Assembly: GCA_951406725.2 (NCBI GenBank)
Contig: OX597830.1
Span: 12,276,001-12,340,000 of the forward strand
Direction: 5' to 3'
Source of the DNA: Octopus vulgaris
Lineage: Eukaryota
DNA length: 64,000 bases
Position numbers and translations under genes: made by a program. Position 1 is the stretch's first letter. The number at the start of each line of letters is the position of its first letter. The notes below the pieces were generated by a model. The model ran no database searches. It was given only the letters and a program-made list of their open reading frames with translations, and had not been told where the DNA came from. This document shows positions 34,130 through 45,769 of this stretch, one piece after another.

Positions 34130-34504
34130 ACTCTTTACTCTCTCTTTTACTCTTTTACTTGTTTCAGTCATTTGACTGCGGCCATGCTGGAGCACCGCCT
34201 TTAGTCGAGCAAATCGACCCCGGGACTTATTCTTTGTAAGCCCAGTACTTATTCTATCGGTCTCTTTTTTTTGCCGAACCGCAGTGACGGGGACGTATAT
34301 ACACAAGCATCGGTTGTCAAGCAATGCTAAGGGGACAAACACAGACACACAAACACACACACACATATATATATATATATACATATATATGACAGGCTTC
34401 TTTCAGTTTCCGTCTACGAAATCCACTCACAAGGCATTAGTCGGCCCGGAGCTATAGCAGAAGACACTTGCCCAAGGTGCCATGCAGTGGGACTGAACCC
34501 GGAA
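34130..34504 (-). mobile_element. SINE family B (5'-truncated)
   Basis: Matches the family up to ggactgaacccggaac. Confidence 0.9.
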
Positions 34505-34761
34505 CACGGAAATATGTATATAACTGTTTAGATATTGAAGTAGAATAGACGAAGAATAATTGGTTGATTTAGTAAATATCTAACATAACCAATCGGAAAT
34601 TTACTTCAGATTGCCGTTGTCGCATGAGAAGAGCTTGTAAAGTAAAAGTAGCCACTCGCACGCTTAGTCGTTGTGGCATTTAAAAGGTTAACTTCGACTA
34701 AAACCCTTTAAAGCGGTCCTCCAGCATGACCGCAGTCAAATGACTGAAACAAGTGAAAGAA

Positions 34762-34899
34762 TACACATACACTCACACACACACACACACACACACACAC
34801 GTACACACACACACAGACACACACACGCACACGCACATACACACTCACACACACACACACACGCACACTCACACACACACACACTCACACACACATACA

Positions 34900-34931
<32 letters not shown>

Positions 34932-35035
34932 ACACACACACGCACACACGCACACGCACGCACACGCACACATAAACACACACACACGCACACGCACACA
35001 CACACGCACACGCACACACCCACACGCGCACACAT
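34762..35035. repeat. Degenerate (CA)n microsatellite following a SINE B 3' fragment
   Basis: Directly visible. Confidence 0.93.
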
Positions 35036-35346
35036 ATTTAAAAGAAGAAAAGAAAAGAAAATCGAAATAACGAAGTTAATAATTGTTCATTATTAACTGC
35101 AAATTGGTCATCTTCACTTCATACAGCTGTTTCAATTATTACTGAATAATTTAATTACAAATTTGTACATCACATTTACCTGTATACATGAGTATAATTT
35201 CATCAGAGGTAAAAAATATTTTATATGCCTGCTGCATTGAATTGATAAGCCCATATATAACATGCAAAGGTACATCTTTTATCCTAAGATCAAATTATAA
35301 TCGTGTCACAGAAATGTAAATTTAATGTACAAATTTGTATTTAAAT

Positions 35347-35683
35347 TAGGGTAAAGACCCCCTTCGGTCATGAATGACCATGGGATTGCACCTAGAAAGT
35401 TACCCTCCTAGACACAAGTCCGGGCAAGGTTGTTTATGGAAGACCAGCAGTCGCCCATGCATACCAGCCTCCCCTCTCCATGCCACTGATGTTATCCAAG
35501 GGAAAGACAAAGGTCGATACAGCTTGGCACCTGTGACGTCGCAACTCATTTCTAAACCTGAGTGAACTGGAGCAACGTGAAATAAAGTGCCTTGCTCAAG
35601 AACACAACATGCAGCCTGGTCCGGGATTCGAGCTCACAACCTCACGATCGTAAGCTCGACGCTCTAACCACTGAGCCATGCGC
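35347..35683 (-). mobile_element. tRNA-derived SINE family D
   Basis: Minus-strand head gcgcatggctcagtggttagagcg...gctcgaatcccgg (A/B boxes), followed by ttgtgttcttgagcaaggcactt and a distinct body. Confidence 0.85.
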
Positions 35684-35954
35684 TGAGTATTAATTGAAAC
35701 AATTGTAAGAAGCGAAGATGACCAATTCGTTAACGATAAACAATTATTAACATCCTTATCTCCGTTCTCTTTTCTTTTCTTGTTTTAAATTGGTATAAAC
35801 CATATGGTGTACATATACTAATTGTTTTAAGGGAATTTCAATCCCCCAGAATACTGGGTACCGAACCAGTATTTCCGTGGATGCACCCATCTCTTCACTA
35901 GGTTAACATATACTCTAATTATATATATGTATATAAATGTATATATATATGTAT

Positions 35955-36140
35955 CTTCCGGTCATTCAAAATGTGACCGCGTGTGTACCGTTAGCGATTT
36001 TTTTCCCCTCTGTCTTCCCTTCTCTGGATCTTTCCTTCTCCTATGTTTCCTTCTTTCCTGAGCGTCCAATAATACTATATTTGTTCCACGTCCTCGCGTT
36101 GTTGTGTTTTTTTTTTGTGCTTTCTTGTTTGGATTAACTT
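35955..36140 (+). mobile_element. Solo Penelope-like pLTR lacking the hammerhead core
   Basis: Inverted homolog of 36236-36456 with the ribozyme segment missing; flanked by (TA)n. Confidence 0.8.
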
Positions 36141-36174
36141 ATATATATATGTATGTATATATGTATGTATATAA

Positions 36175-36239
<65 letters not shown>

Positions 36240-36330
36240 TAATCCAAACGGGAAAACAGAAAAAACAACAACACGTGGAACAATTACAGTATTATTATTA
36301 TTAGGCGCTCAGGAAAATGGAAGAAGGAGA

Positions 36331-36368
36331 GTATGACGTTTCGAGCGGAGCTCTTCGTCGGAAACATA
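36331..36368 (-). ncRNA. Minimal hammerhead ribozyme-like motif (variant core CCGACGA) in the Penelope pLTR
   Basis: Minus strand reads CCGACGA-A-GAGC-tcc-GCTC-GAAA-CG-TC. PLE pLTRs are known to carry minimal hammerheads. Confidence 0.6.
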
Positions 36369-39211
36369 GGAGAAAGAAAGATCCCGAGACGGGAGGACAG
36401 AGGAAAAAAAAATTGCAGGTAGTCTTCACGAGGTCACATACTGAAAAGACGGAAGTTGTAAAAAAGGAGGAAAATGTTTTTTAAAAACAGGAGAGCTGAA
36501 TCAAAGAGGGAATGGTGAAAAAGGTGTGCGAGAAAACGAGGGTGTGTGTATGTGTGTGTGCGTGTGTGTGTATGTGTGTGTATGGTGGACAGTGGCTAGT
36601 AGCAGGCAGTAGTAGAGTTAAAGGAGTGTGTGGGGGTACCCTAGCAAGTGAGAAAGGCAGGTCAGAAACAGGGAGGTATGTGTGTGTGCGTGTGTATGTA
36701 TGTGTGAGTGTGTGCGTGTGTGTATGTGTGTGTGTAGGGCGAGATAAAAAACAAAAAATATGTATATGTTAGTGCGTGCAGGGCGAACAGATGACAAAGC
36801 AAGTCTCGAGTGAGTGGTCAGTGGTAAAAAATGGGAGGAAGGAGGGAAGAAGGGAAGGAGGGAAAGGGTGGGGGCGTATGTAACGTGCCAGTGTGTGTGT
36901 AGAGTGGTAGTGTGTCCAGTGTGCGTAGTTGTGTGTATGGCAAGTAAATTTGAAGTGTGTGTAAGTGTAATGCATATATATATGCAAATGTGTGTGTGTG
37001 AGTGGGTGTGTGTATGTGTGTGCGTGTGTGTACAAAGAGGGGGTGGTTAAGGAAAAAAAAACTGCAGCGGAGGGGGGGGGGAGATGGAAGAGTGGTCCCG
37101 CGGCGACAGGCGTGGGAGAACCCAAAGACACGCGCCGGCCCCAGATACGTACAGGAGATCTAGTCGGTCAAACCAAGTGCGTGGTGCATGCATGCGCGTA
37201 TGCGTGCGCGAACGTGCACAAGCGTGTATGTGCGCGCGCCTGCGAGTGTGTGTGTAAGTATGTATGTGTGTGGATGTGTGAGTGTGTCTGTGTGTATGTG
37301 TATGAGTCTGTATGTATGTACGTGTGTGTGTGTGGAAGTGTGTGTAGGTGCATGTGTATGCGTGTGTATGTCTGTGTGTGAGTGAGTGTGTGTGTGTGTA
37401 TGTATGTGTGAGTGTGTATGTCTGTGTGTGTAGGATGCATGTGTATGTATGGGTGTATGTATGTGTGTGTGTGTGTATGTATGTGTACGTGCGTGTGTGT
37501 GTGTGTGTATGCATGTATGCATGTATGCGTATGCATGTGCGTATGTGTGTGTGCACGTGTGTAGGTATATATGTATGTGCGTATATGTGTGTGTATGTGC
37601 GTACATGTGTGTGTATGCATGTGTGTGTATGTAGGTGTGTAGGCGTGTGTGTATAGGTGTATGTATGTGAGTATGTATGGGTGTGTCCGTGTGTGTGTGT
37701 GTATGTAGGTGTGTGGGCGTGTGTGTATAGGTGTATGTATGTATGTATGTATGGGTGTGTCCGTGTGTGTTTGTGTGTGTGTGTGTATGCATGTGTATGT
37801 AGGTGTGTGTGTGTATGTGTAATATATGTATGTATGCGTGTGTGTGCGTGTGTATGCGTGTGTGTGTGTATGTAGGTGCGTATGTATGTGTGTGGGAGTG
37901 TAGGTGTGTGTGTGCGTGTATGTGTGCGTGTACGTGTATATGTTGGTGTGTGTGTATGTGAGTGTGAGTGTATGGGTGTTAGTCATGCATGTGTGTGCGC
38001 GTGCAGGCGAGTGTGTGTGTAAGTATGTGTGTGTATGTATGTGTGAGTGTGTATGCGTGTATGTCTGTGTGTATGTGCGTATAGGAGTATGTAAGTATGT
38101 GTATGTGTATGTGTGTGGGTGTATGTATGTATGTATGTATGTATGTGTGTGTGTGTGCATGTGTGTAAGTATATGTGTGTGTGCGTATGTATGTGTATGT
38201 GTGTATAGGTGTATGTATGTATGGGTGTGTGTCTGTGAGTGTTTGTGTGTGTGTGTAGGTATGTGTGTATGTATGAGTGAAGGTATGGCTGTGTAGGTGT
38301 GTGTGTATGAATGTAAGTGTGTGTGTGTACAAGTGTAATGTATGTATGTAGGTGTGTGTGTGTATGTGTGCGTGTGCGTGTGTATGTGTGTGTGTATGCA
38401 TGTGAGTGTGAGTGTATGTGTGTATGTGTATGTCTGAAGTAGGTATGTGTGTGTATGTATGTATGTGTGTGTGTGTGCGGGTATGTGTGTGTATGTGTGT
38501 GTGTAAGTGTGTGTGAGTAGGTGTGCGTGTATGTATGTGGGTAGGGATGCATGCGTGTGTGTGGGTATGTATGTATACATACGCACGCACACACCCGAAG
38601 CACGCCCACACACACGAAGCACGCTCACACACGCAACACACAAACAATGCAACGCAAGCCCATGGGGCCGACCAACCCCCTGCACGCGCTAAGGCATGCG
38701 CGCGCGGGGCCCCCCGAACGACCCGCTCCACGGGAACCGAGGATCCATCAACCAAAACCAGAAGCAGAAAAGAGGGGGGGGTTGCCTGGGTGCAAATAGG
38801 TGTATGTGTGTGTGCATTCGTGTAAAGGTGTGCATGTGTGGGTATGTGTGTGTGCGTACATGTATGTGTGCATGTGTGTGTGTGTATGTAAGTATAGGTG
38901 TGTGAAGTATGTATGTGCGATGTGTGTGTGTGTGTGTGTATATGTATGTGCGTATGTATGTGTGTATGTATGTGTGTATGTATGTCTGTGTGTGTGTGTG
39001 TAAGTATGTATGTGTGTGTGTATGTATGTATGTGTGTATGTATGTGCATGTTGGTTTGTATGTTAGTGTGTGCATGTATGTCTATAAGTATGTGTGATTA
39101 AATGTGTGAATGTGTGTACGTAGATGTGTATCCGTATGTGTGTGTGTGAACAGGCGTGTGGGATGTAGGTAGGTGTGTGTGTGGGGGGTGTTTATCCGGA
39201 AAAAAAAACCC

Positions 39212-40550
39212 TTAGGAAGAGGGGGCTGTGTTAAGTCCGTGTGGGGTAGTAGTTTGTAGGGTGAAGATGTAGCGTTGCTCCAAGTGGAGCCTAGAAAGTG
39301 GACGACCATTGTGGGGGGCGAGACCAAACACTGAGATGTCATCTAGGGAATGGCTGGCCGAGCGGAAGTGGCGTGCGACGGGAGAAAAAGAGTGTAGGCG
39401 AACGTCCCTCAAATGTTCTGTGAATCGGTCGGACAACCGGCGTCTCGTTTGTCCTACATACAGCATCCCGCATAGGTTGCATTTAATGCAGTAAATGAGA
39501 CCAGACGAGGTGCACGTAAAGGAGTGCCTAATACGTACAGTTCGCCGGTTGGAGCCAGTGACAGCAGTGGTGTTGGTGATGAAGGGGCAAGTGTTGCAGC
39601 GGGATCTAGAGCAAGGGAATGATCCGTGTGGGGATGAGGGGGAAGGAGAGAGGGTGCTGTGGACCAGGAGGTCACGTAGATTACGGGCTCGTTTGAAGGA
39701 GGACAGGGGTGGGTTAGGGAAAATGGGGCGGGTTGTGGGTTCAAGCTGGAGGCGACGGAAGGCACGTAGTATCTTGCGACGAAGGGGTAGGGTAGAGGGG
39801 TGGAAAAGGAGGGGGAAGGGGGTGCGGTTGGGGGGGGGTTAAGGAGACAGGGCGGTGGTGCGGTCGATGCGACGGGCGCGGGTGAGGGCATTAGAGATGA
39901 GTATAGGTGGGTACCCTCGGAGTCTGAACAGGCGGGCCAGGTATTGAGATTGGGTCTCGAAATCCTGGTCGCGGCTGCACAAACGTCGGAGGAACTGGGA
40001 GTAGGGGATGGCTCGTTTGGTGTGGAAGGGGTGGGAGGAGGAGAAGTTAAGATAGAGGTGGGAGTCCGTAGGTTTAAAGAAGGCGGTGGTGGTGAGAGAG
40101 TTGGAGGGGTGGTCGATTCGGAGAGAGATGTCAAGGAAGTTGACAGAGGTGTTGGAGATGGTGGAGGTGAATTGAAGAGAGGGGTGAAAGTGGGAAAGGA
40201 AAGAGATGAATTGGCCGAGAAGTTCACGGGAAAGGGAGGTGGCACCTATGCAGTCGTCTATATAGCGACCGTATAGTTCGGGGGTTGGCCCAGAGAACTG
40301 GGAGAATACTTGGGCCTCAATGTAGCCAAGAAAGAGATTGGCGAAATTGGGGCCCATCCTAGTACCCATCGCGACCCCGGACACCTGTTGGTACGTTTCC
40401 CCGGCGAACGTGAAGCAGTTGAGGGTGAGGACGAGCTCAGCCAAGCGGAGAAGGGTGGGGGTGCTAGGGGTGGGGTCGGGACGACGGTCGAGGAAGTGGT
40501 GGAGGGCTAGGAGACCGTCATTGTGGGGAATCACAGTGTACAGGGATTTT
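39212..40550 (-). pseudogene. Penelope RT/GIY-YIG ORF, truncated and broken by one in-frame TAA at 39841-39839
   Basis: ORFs 39839..40534 and 39212..39466 share a frame, and the intervening 124 codons translate without stops. Confidence 0.9.
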
Positions 40551-40613
40551 ACATATATATATATGTATATATATACATATAAATATATAATATCAAATTG
40601 TTATATTATATAT

Positions 40614-40677
<64 letters not shown>

Positions 40678-40904
40678 ATCGATTTTTTAGAAAAACATAA
40701 ATCCGGAGAAGATGCACACTCAAAGAAGTAGAGCAGTCTATATTTATGACTGGTGAAGGCCGGTTTATGGGGTTTCCCTGGGTTTCTCGCCATAAAGGGT
40801 ACCTTTATGGCGTATCTTCAGATTCTAAGACCTGTTGGCCCATGGCCTCTTTAAAATATGGAGGGAGAAACGATACAGATATAAACGGTAGGGATTATCA
40901 TCCT

Positions 40905-41180
40905 TTGGTGTTGTTCATCGGTTTCCGGCTGTTTTATCTTCCTTCAGTCACGCCACCTGTCGGTTATGAGGGTAAAAGGTAAGGGTTATCCCCCTACTGT
41001 CACCAGCAATCAATTTCCAGCAGTGGTGTAATTATCGCTAATAACACCCCTTATTTTCTGATCTCCTTCCGAAGTATTCGAGCGTTTCCAAGCAGTGCTG
41101 TTTTTCTGCAAGTGCTCCACCCTTATTGCAGCTCCCATTTGCCCCTCGTACTTCTCGAAATGTTTGCTCACTGTTCCCAG
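40905..41180 (-). mobile_element. R4/Dong-type LINE extreme 3' end
   Basis: Minus strand encodes ...VEHLQKTALLGNARILRKEI followed by a 3' UTR. Confidence 0.7.
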
Positions 41181-41622
41181 GCTGCATTTTTGAAAAAGAC
41201 TTGAAAGTGCATTGTCTCAGAAAATATTCTGAATCTGCCTCACTTTCACTTCTCAGAATGCATGAGGAGAAATATGTTTGCGAGTTATTAACATCAGGCC
41301 CTGGAGGAATGGATAAAATGACAGGAGAATATCATCAAATTGATACAAAACTGTTTGATTAGATATCCTTCTTTTTCTTTTATCATCCTCCTTTTTTCTG
41401 TCTTATTCTTCGGCAGTTATAAAATTGTAACTTAAGAACTGATGATGTCATTCCATCGAAGTGTGGACGCTGGTTGCTCTCGTTCATACTTTACATTTAA
41501 ATTTCTATAATTTTGAATTTTTATCACTTTTTATTTTTAACTTGACAAAGACAGACTTACTGTCGAAATGTCGTTCAACCAATAAAATATCCATTACAAT
41601 CGAATCGCGCTCTTCGTCTTGG
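41180..41622 (+). mobile_element. Penelope-like 3' fragment: GIY-YIG C-terminus and pLTR with hammerhead-like motif
   Basis: DLKVHCL...RMHEEKYVCELLTSGPGGM resembles the R..E..I..L.T..P.G.N end of PLE endonucleases; TTGACAA-A-GACAG-actta-CTGTC-GAAA at 41542-41568 followed by AATAAA. Confidence 0.6.
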
Positions 41623-42146
41623 CTATTATTATTATTATTATTATTATTATGGTTATTATTATTATTATTATTGAGTGAGAGAGCAGTTCATGCCATCAAA
41701 GTGACACTGGGGTAAAATATACGAAACCCAATATACCCATCATGACTACCCGTCTGATAAAGGTACACCAGGCACATGCATCACAACCATATGTGTGTGA
41801 CATGGTGATCTCATATCAAGATAAACATCACATGACCTTGCAGGTGGGGCCCAGTTAGAATTTTCTTCAGGTTGAGTAGCCCATCCCGCTCAAACGGTCC
41901 CTGAATAAGGGTTGCTTAAGGATGTTGAAAGAACCACCCATGTTTCCAGAGGTGAACTATTCAAACCCCAAAGAATCCCTCTCAACACATGGCTATGATG
42001 CTCCCCCACTACTTCTGCTCATGATCAGAGATGCACATATCATCAGCAACCAAGGGACATGCTCAACTGGTTAAGGTCAAACAACTGACAAGCAAATCTG
42101 TGGTATTGAGCAGAATATTTGCCGAAGCCCATCTTTTATACCAAGA

Positions 42147-42220
<74 letters not shown>

Positions 42221-42225
<5 letters not shown>

Positions 42226-42973
42226 TCCACCAAGAAAGGAGCTTGTTTTCATTGTCGTTGGTTGGTCTGTCTGTTCGTCTGTGTGCAAAATAACTCAAAA
42301 AATTGTGAACTCTATTTGATGAAACTTGCAGAAAAAGTTGGTAATGACACGAGGGACAGATGATGAAATTTTAGTAGTGATTCTTGAAGGATTTTTCATT
42401 TGTTATATTTACTTTACATGAAGTATTACAATATTATGTTCTTTGATTACCTCCCTTGAAAACACATCGTTTCTACGTAACCTATGGTGGCGTTGCTGTT
42501 TAGAGGCAGTGTTGATGATGACGATCTTCAAAATAAGTATTGGAGGAGGATAAAATAGTATCGGTGGTTATAATGGTGATAGGAGCGGTGTGATGTGTGA
42601 TGCTGAGGTGATGGTGGTAATAGTGATGTTGATGATAGCGTTAGTCATGCGATGGTGGTATTGCAGTGGTTATACTGGTTGTGGTGGTGAAAGTGACTGT
42701 CAAGGTAACCGTCATGATAACATTGATGGCGGTGTATGATGTGTAAGTGAAAGCAATGACAATGCTGCTGATGATGTTGGTGGTTGTGAACTGCTTCAGC
42801 TGATTCTTGTTTTTAAAGGTTTCTTTTTCTTAAAATCATATGGCTGTGTTATTTTCTTTTACCCCCGCCAAGGAGGTTATATTTTTGCCGGCGTTGGGCA
42901 ATTTTCAGCATGCGTGTATATGGGTGGAAATGAGCTGCTTGGCGGAGGTCTGTGCTCTCCGAGTGCTTTTCTA

Positions 42974-42976
<3 letters not shown>
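42221..42976 (+). mobile_element. Helentron-associated / DINE-1-like non-autonomous element, with a second nested 5' end at about 42859
   Basis: 5' ttacctcc(a/g)ccaag, short (GTCT)-like tract, subterminal inverted cttggcggagg, 3' hairpin gtgctctccgagtgc and terminal ttttctagtt. Confidence 0.75.
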
Positions 42977-43027
<51 letters not shown>

Positions 43028-43038
43028 TATTATTATTA

Positions 43039-43086
<48 letters not shown>

Positions 43087-43256
43087 TATTATTATTATTA
43101 ATTATTATTATTGTTGTTGTTGTTGTTGTTATTGTTGTTGTTATTATTATTATTATTATTATTAATTATTATTATTATTATTATTTATTATTATTATTAT
43201 TATTTATTATTATTATTAATTATTGTTGTTGTTGTTGTTGTTGTTATTGTTGTTGT

Positions 43257-43288
<32 letters not shown>

Positions 43289-43316
43289 ATTATTATTGTT
43301 GTTGTTGTTATTGTTG

Positions 43317-43348
<32 letters not shown>

Positions 43349-43409
43349 GTTGTTGTTGTTGTTGTTATTGTTGTTATTATTGTTGTTGTTGTTGTTATTA
43401 TTATTTAAC

Positions 43410-44295
43410 ATTTGGTAGTTTCACGCAAACTTCCACTGGATCACCTACCACACCTCTGTGTTGCTGGGGGTGATTACAGTATTGTGTGTTCTTTTCTTGT
43501 TGTTAAAGGATTGCAAACTCTTGCTGGTTTTGTATTGCGTCATTTTGTTTTTTTACTGGATCTGGTTGCAGTGTTTTTTTTTTCATTAGTGTTTGTATTG
43601 TGTGTTGTGTGTAATGCGAGTTGTGTTCTTCTGTTGGGTATCCAGTCTGTTCGTGGTTTATTTCATTTGATATTTGCTATATAGTGTGTGTCTTGTGATT
43701 GTGGATTTTTCTGCTTGGCTTGTATTACAGAATTGATAGTGTCATGCGTAGAATGTAGGCTCTTCCTAGCAGAGCTATTTTTTGGATAGTGTGTAGTGAT
43801 GTGGATCCAGGTATGGCTTCTACGTTTTTGCTCATATATATTTTTTTAATATCAAGCCCAATGCTCCAATTATTTCTGGTATTACTTTCACCTTCACGCC
43901 CTACATCTTGAATACTTCAATTTCGTGGTCTTTGTATTTTGCCTATTTCTCCCCTTCTTTTTGGGGGCAATATTTTGATCAGAAGGAACTGCAATGTTCA
44001 TTAGTAAGCAGGTGTTTCCAATACTTGATTATTATGTCTGGCTGATTAGCTTTTATTTCTTTGTCTATTTAAACAGGCATATCCCAGATGTTTGTGGCCT
44101 AGCCGTTGTCCTGTGCCTTGTTTGGGACATGTTTATACCATTTCTTGTGATAGTGCTAGCATATTGTCCAGTGGATACAACCACTTACTCGGTCATGTCT
44201 GTATAAATATTCAGATTTTTGCAAGAGCTGGATAGCTAGAGATGATGTGGTCAACTATCTCATTGTACTGGTTGCACATTCTGCATTTGATGTTA
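43410..44295 (-). mobile_element. R4/Dong-type LINE 3' fragment
   Basis: Minus strand gives C..C...NE.VDHIISSYP, RHDRV, IHW.IC, IKANQPDIIIK, LMNIAVPSD, KYKDHEIEV, IQKIALLG. Confidence 0.8.
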
Positions 44296-44349
44296 GGGTA
44301 ATAATAATAATAATATTAATAATAATAATAATAATAATAGTATTAGTAA

Positions 44350-44390
<41 letters not shown>

Positions 44391-44449
44391 ATAGTAGTAG
44401 TAGTAGTAGTAGTAGTAGTGATAATAGTAATAATAATAATAATAATAAT

Positions 44450-45670
44450 ACCGACAAAACTATAAAAGCTAATAAACCGGATATTATAATAGATAGACAA
44501 AAAAGATGTGTTTATTAATTGACATGAGTATTCCTTGCGATCACAATATAGCGGCGAAAGAATTTGACAAGATTAGTAAATATAAAGACTTGCTAATAGA
44601 AATTGAAAAGATGTGGCATCTCAAGGCGACTACGGTACCAGTGATTGTAGGATCTCTAGGAATGATAAAAAAAAAAGGTACTGAAACCTATTTGAAAATG
44701 ATACCAGGTTTACCATCCCTACAGGAAGTGCAATAAATCGTGTTATCTGGAACGATTCATGTACTGAGAATAGCATTATCGCTGTGAAAACAACATCCAT
44801 TCATGAATTTATTTATTTATCAATTTTTTAAATACATATTTTACCTAGGTGTACGGAAAACGCTTAGCGAGAAATGGAAGGAAATTTTAAGAAAGAAAAA
44901 AATAATAATAATAAAATTTATTTTTGAATTACTATTTGATTAGAAGCGTACCACCGAAAGCCTGATCATTGCTGCAAAAGACCAGGCTCTCGCTACCAAT
45001 TCAGTGAAGTATAACATCTATAAAACTTCTGACACTCAGAAATGCAGACTTTGTGGAGAGAGTGGGGAAAATGAGACCCATTTGATAAGTGGATGTGAGA
45101 ACCTTGCACAAAAAGAATACAAGCGCCGCCACGATAGAGTGTCTGTGTATCTTTATTGGCTCTTAGGCTGTAAATACCAATATAAAGTAACAGAGAACTG
45201 GTATGAGCATGTACCAAGTAAAGTAGGAGGATGGAAAAGTAACGACACTCTGGGACTATGATTTTCAGACGGATCATGTAATCGAATACAGTCGACCTGA
45301 TATTGTCATAAGAGAAACAAATACTGTCAGATCATTGATGTCAGATCATTGATGGGATGAGTTGTAAAAAAAGAGGCCGGAAAAATCACCAATTACTCCG
45401 AATTGAAAGTGGAAATGGCAAGACTGTATGGAATGTGAGAGGGTAATGTAAAAGTGATACCAGTGGTGATCAGAGCGTTGGGCTCAATCCCACTGAAACT
45501 TCAAAATTTCTTAAGGCAACTGGAAATCTAGTACAACATTGATGTCTTGCAAAAGGCAGCCTTATTGGGCACAACGCACATCTTAAGGAAAGTATTATCT
45601 GTCTGAGGTCCTTGTTGTGACTTGACTGATGACTAAATACTTCGGTGCATTTTAACCTATACTGTGTTAC
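44450..45670 (+). mobile_element. Two adjacent R4/Dong-type LINE 3' fragments (about 44450-44790 and 44940-45670)
   Basis: KANKPDII...LIDMSIPCD...KYKDLLIEIEKMW...VIVGSLG; and TESLIIAAKDQ...CRLCGESGENETHLISGC...YKRRHDRV. Confidence 0.88.
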
Positions 45671-45674
45671 GAAG

Positions 45675-45759
<85 letters not shown>

Positions 45760-45769
45760 GATAATAATC

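Larger units (their letters stand above)
36236..40550 (-). mobile_element. 5'-truncated Penelope-like element (Neptune-type): RT, Zn-finger linker, GIY-YIG endonuclease, long CA-rich 3' region and terminal pLTR
   Basis: VKSLYTVIPH...GVAMGTRMGPNFANLF...RYIDD (PLE RT), KRARNLRDLLV, CSRSRCNTC, LIYCIKCNLCGMLYVGQT...RFTEH...HF...LEQRYI..LQT..PHGLN; (TA)n tracts at both ends. That the CA-rich middle belongs to the element is inference. Confidence 0.85.

Noticed and set aside
35180-35237. Candidate first coding exon of contactin (MQQAYKIFFTSDEIILMYT + phase-1 GTAAAT donor)
   Set aside because: Phase fits, but there is no hydrophobic signal-peptide core; likely chance.
36992-39101. Many His/Thr- or Val/Cys-rich ORFs up to 505 aa
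   Set aside because: Artefacts of degenerate (CA/TG)n sequence.
39454-40276. 263-aa Pro/Ser-rich and 158-aa Gly-rich ORFs overlapping the Penelope RT
   Set aside because: Alternative-frame and antisense shadows of a C-rich coding strand.
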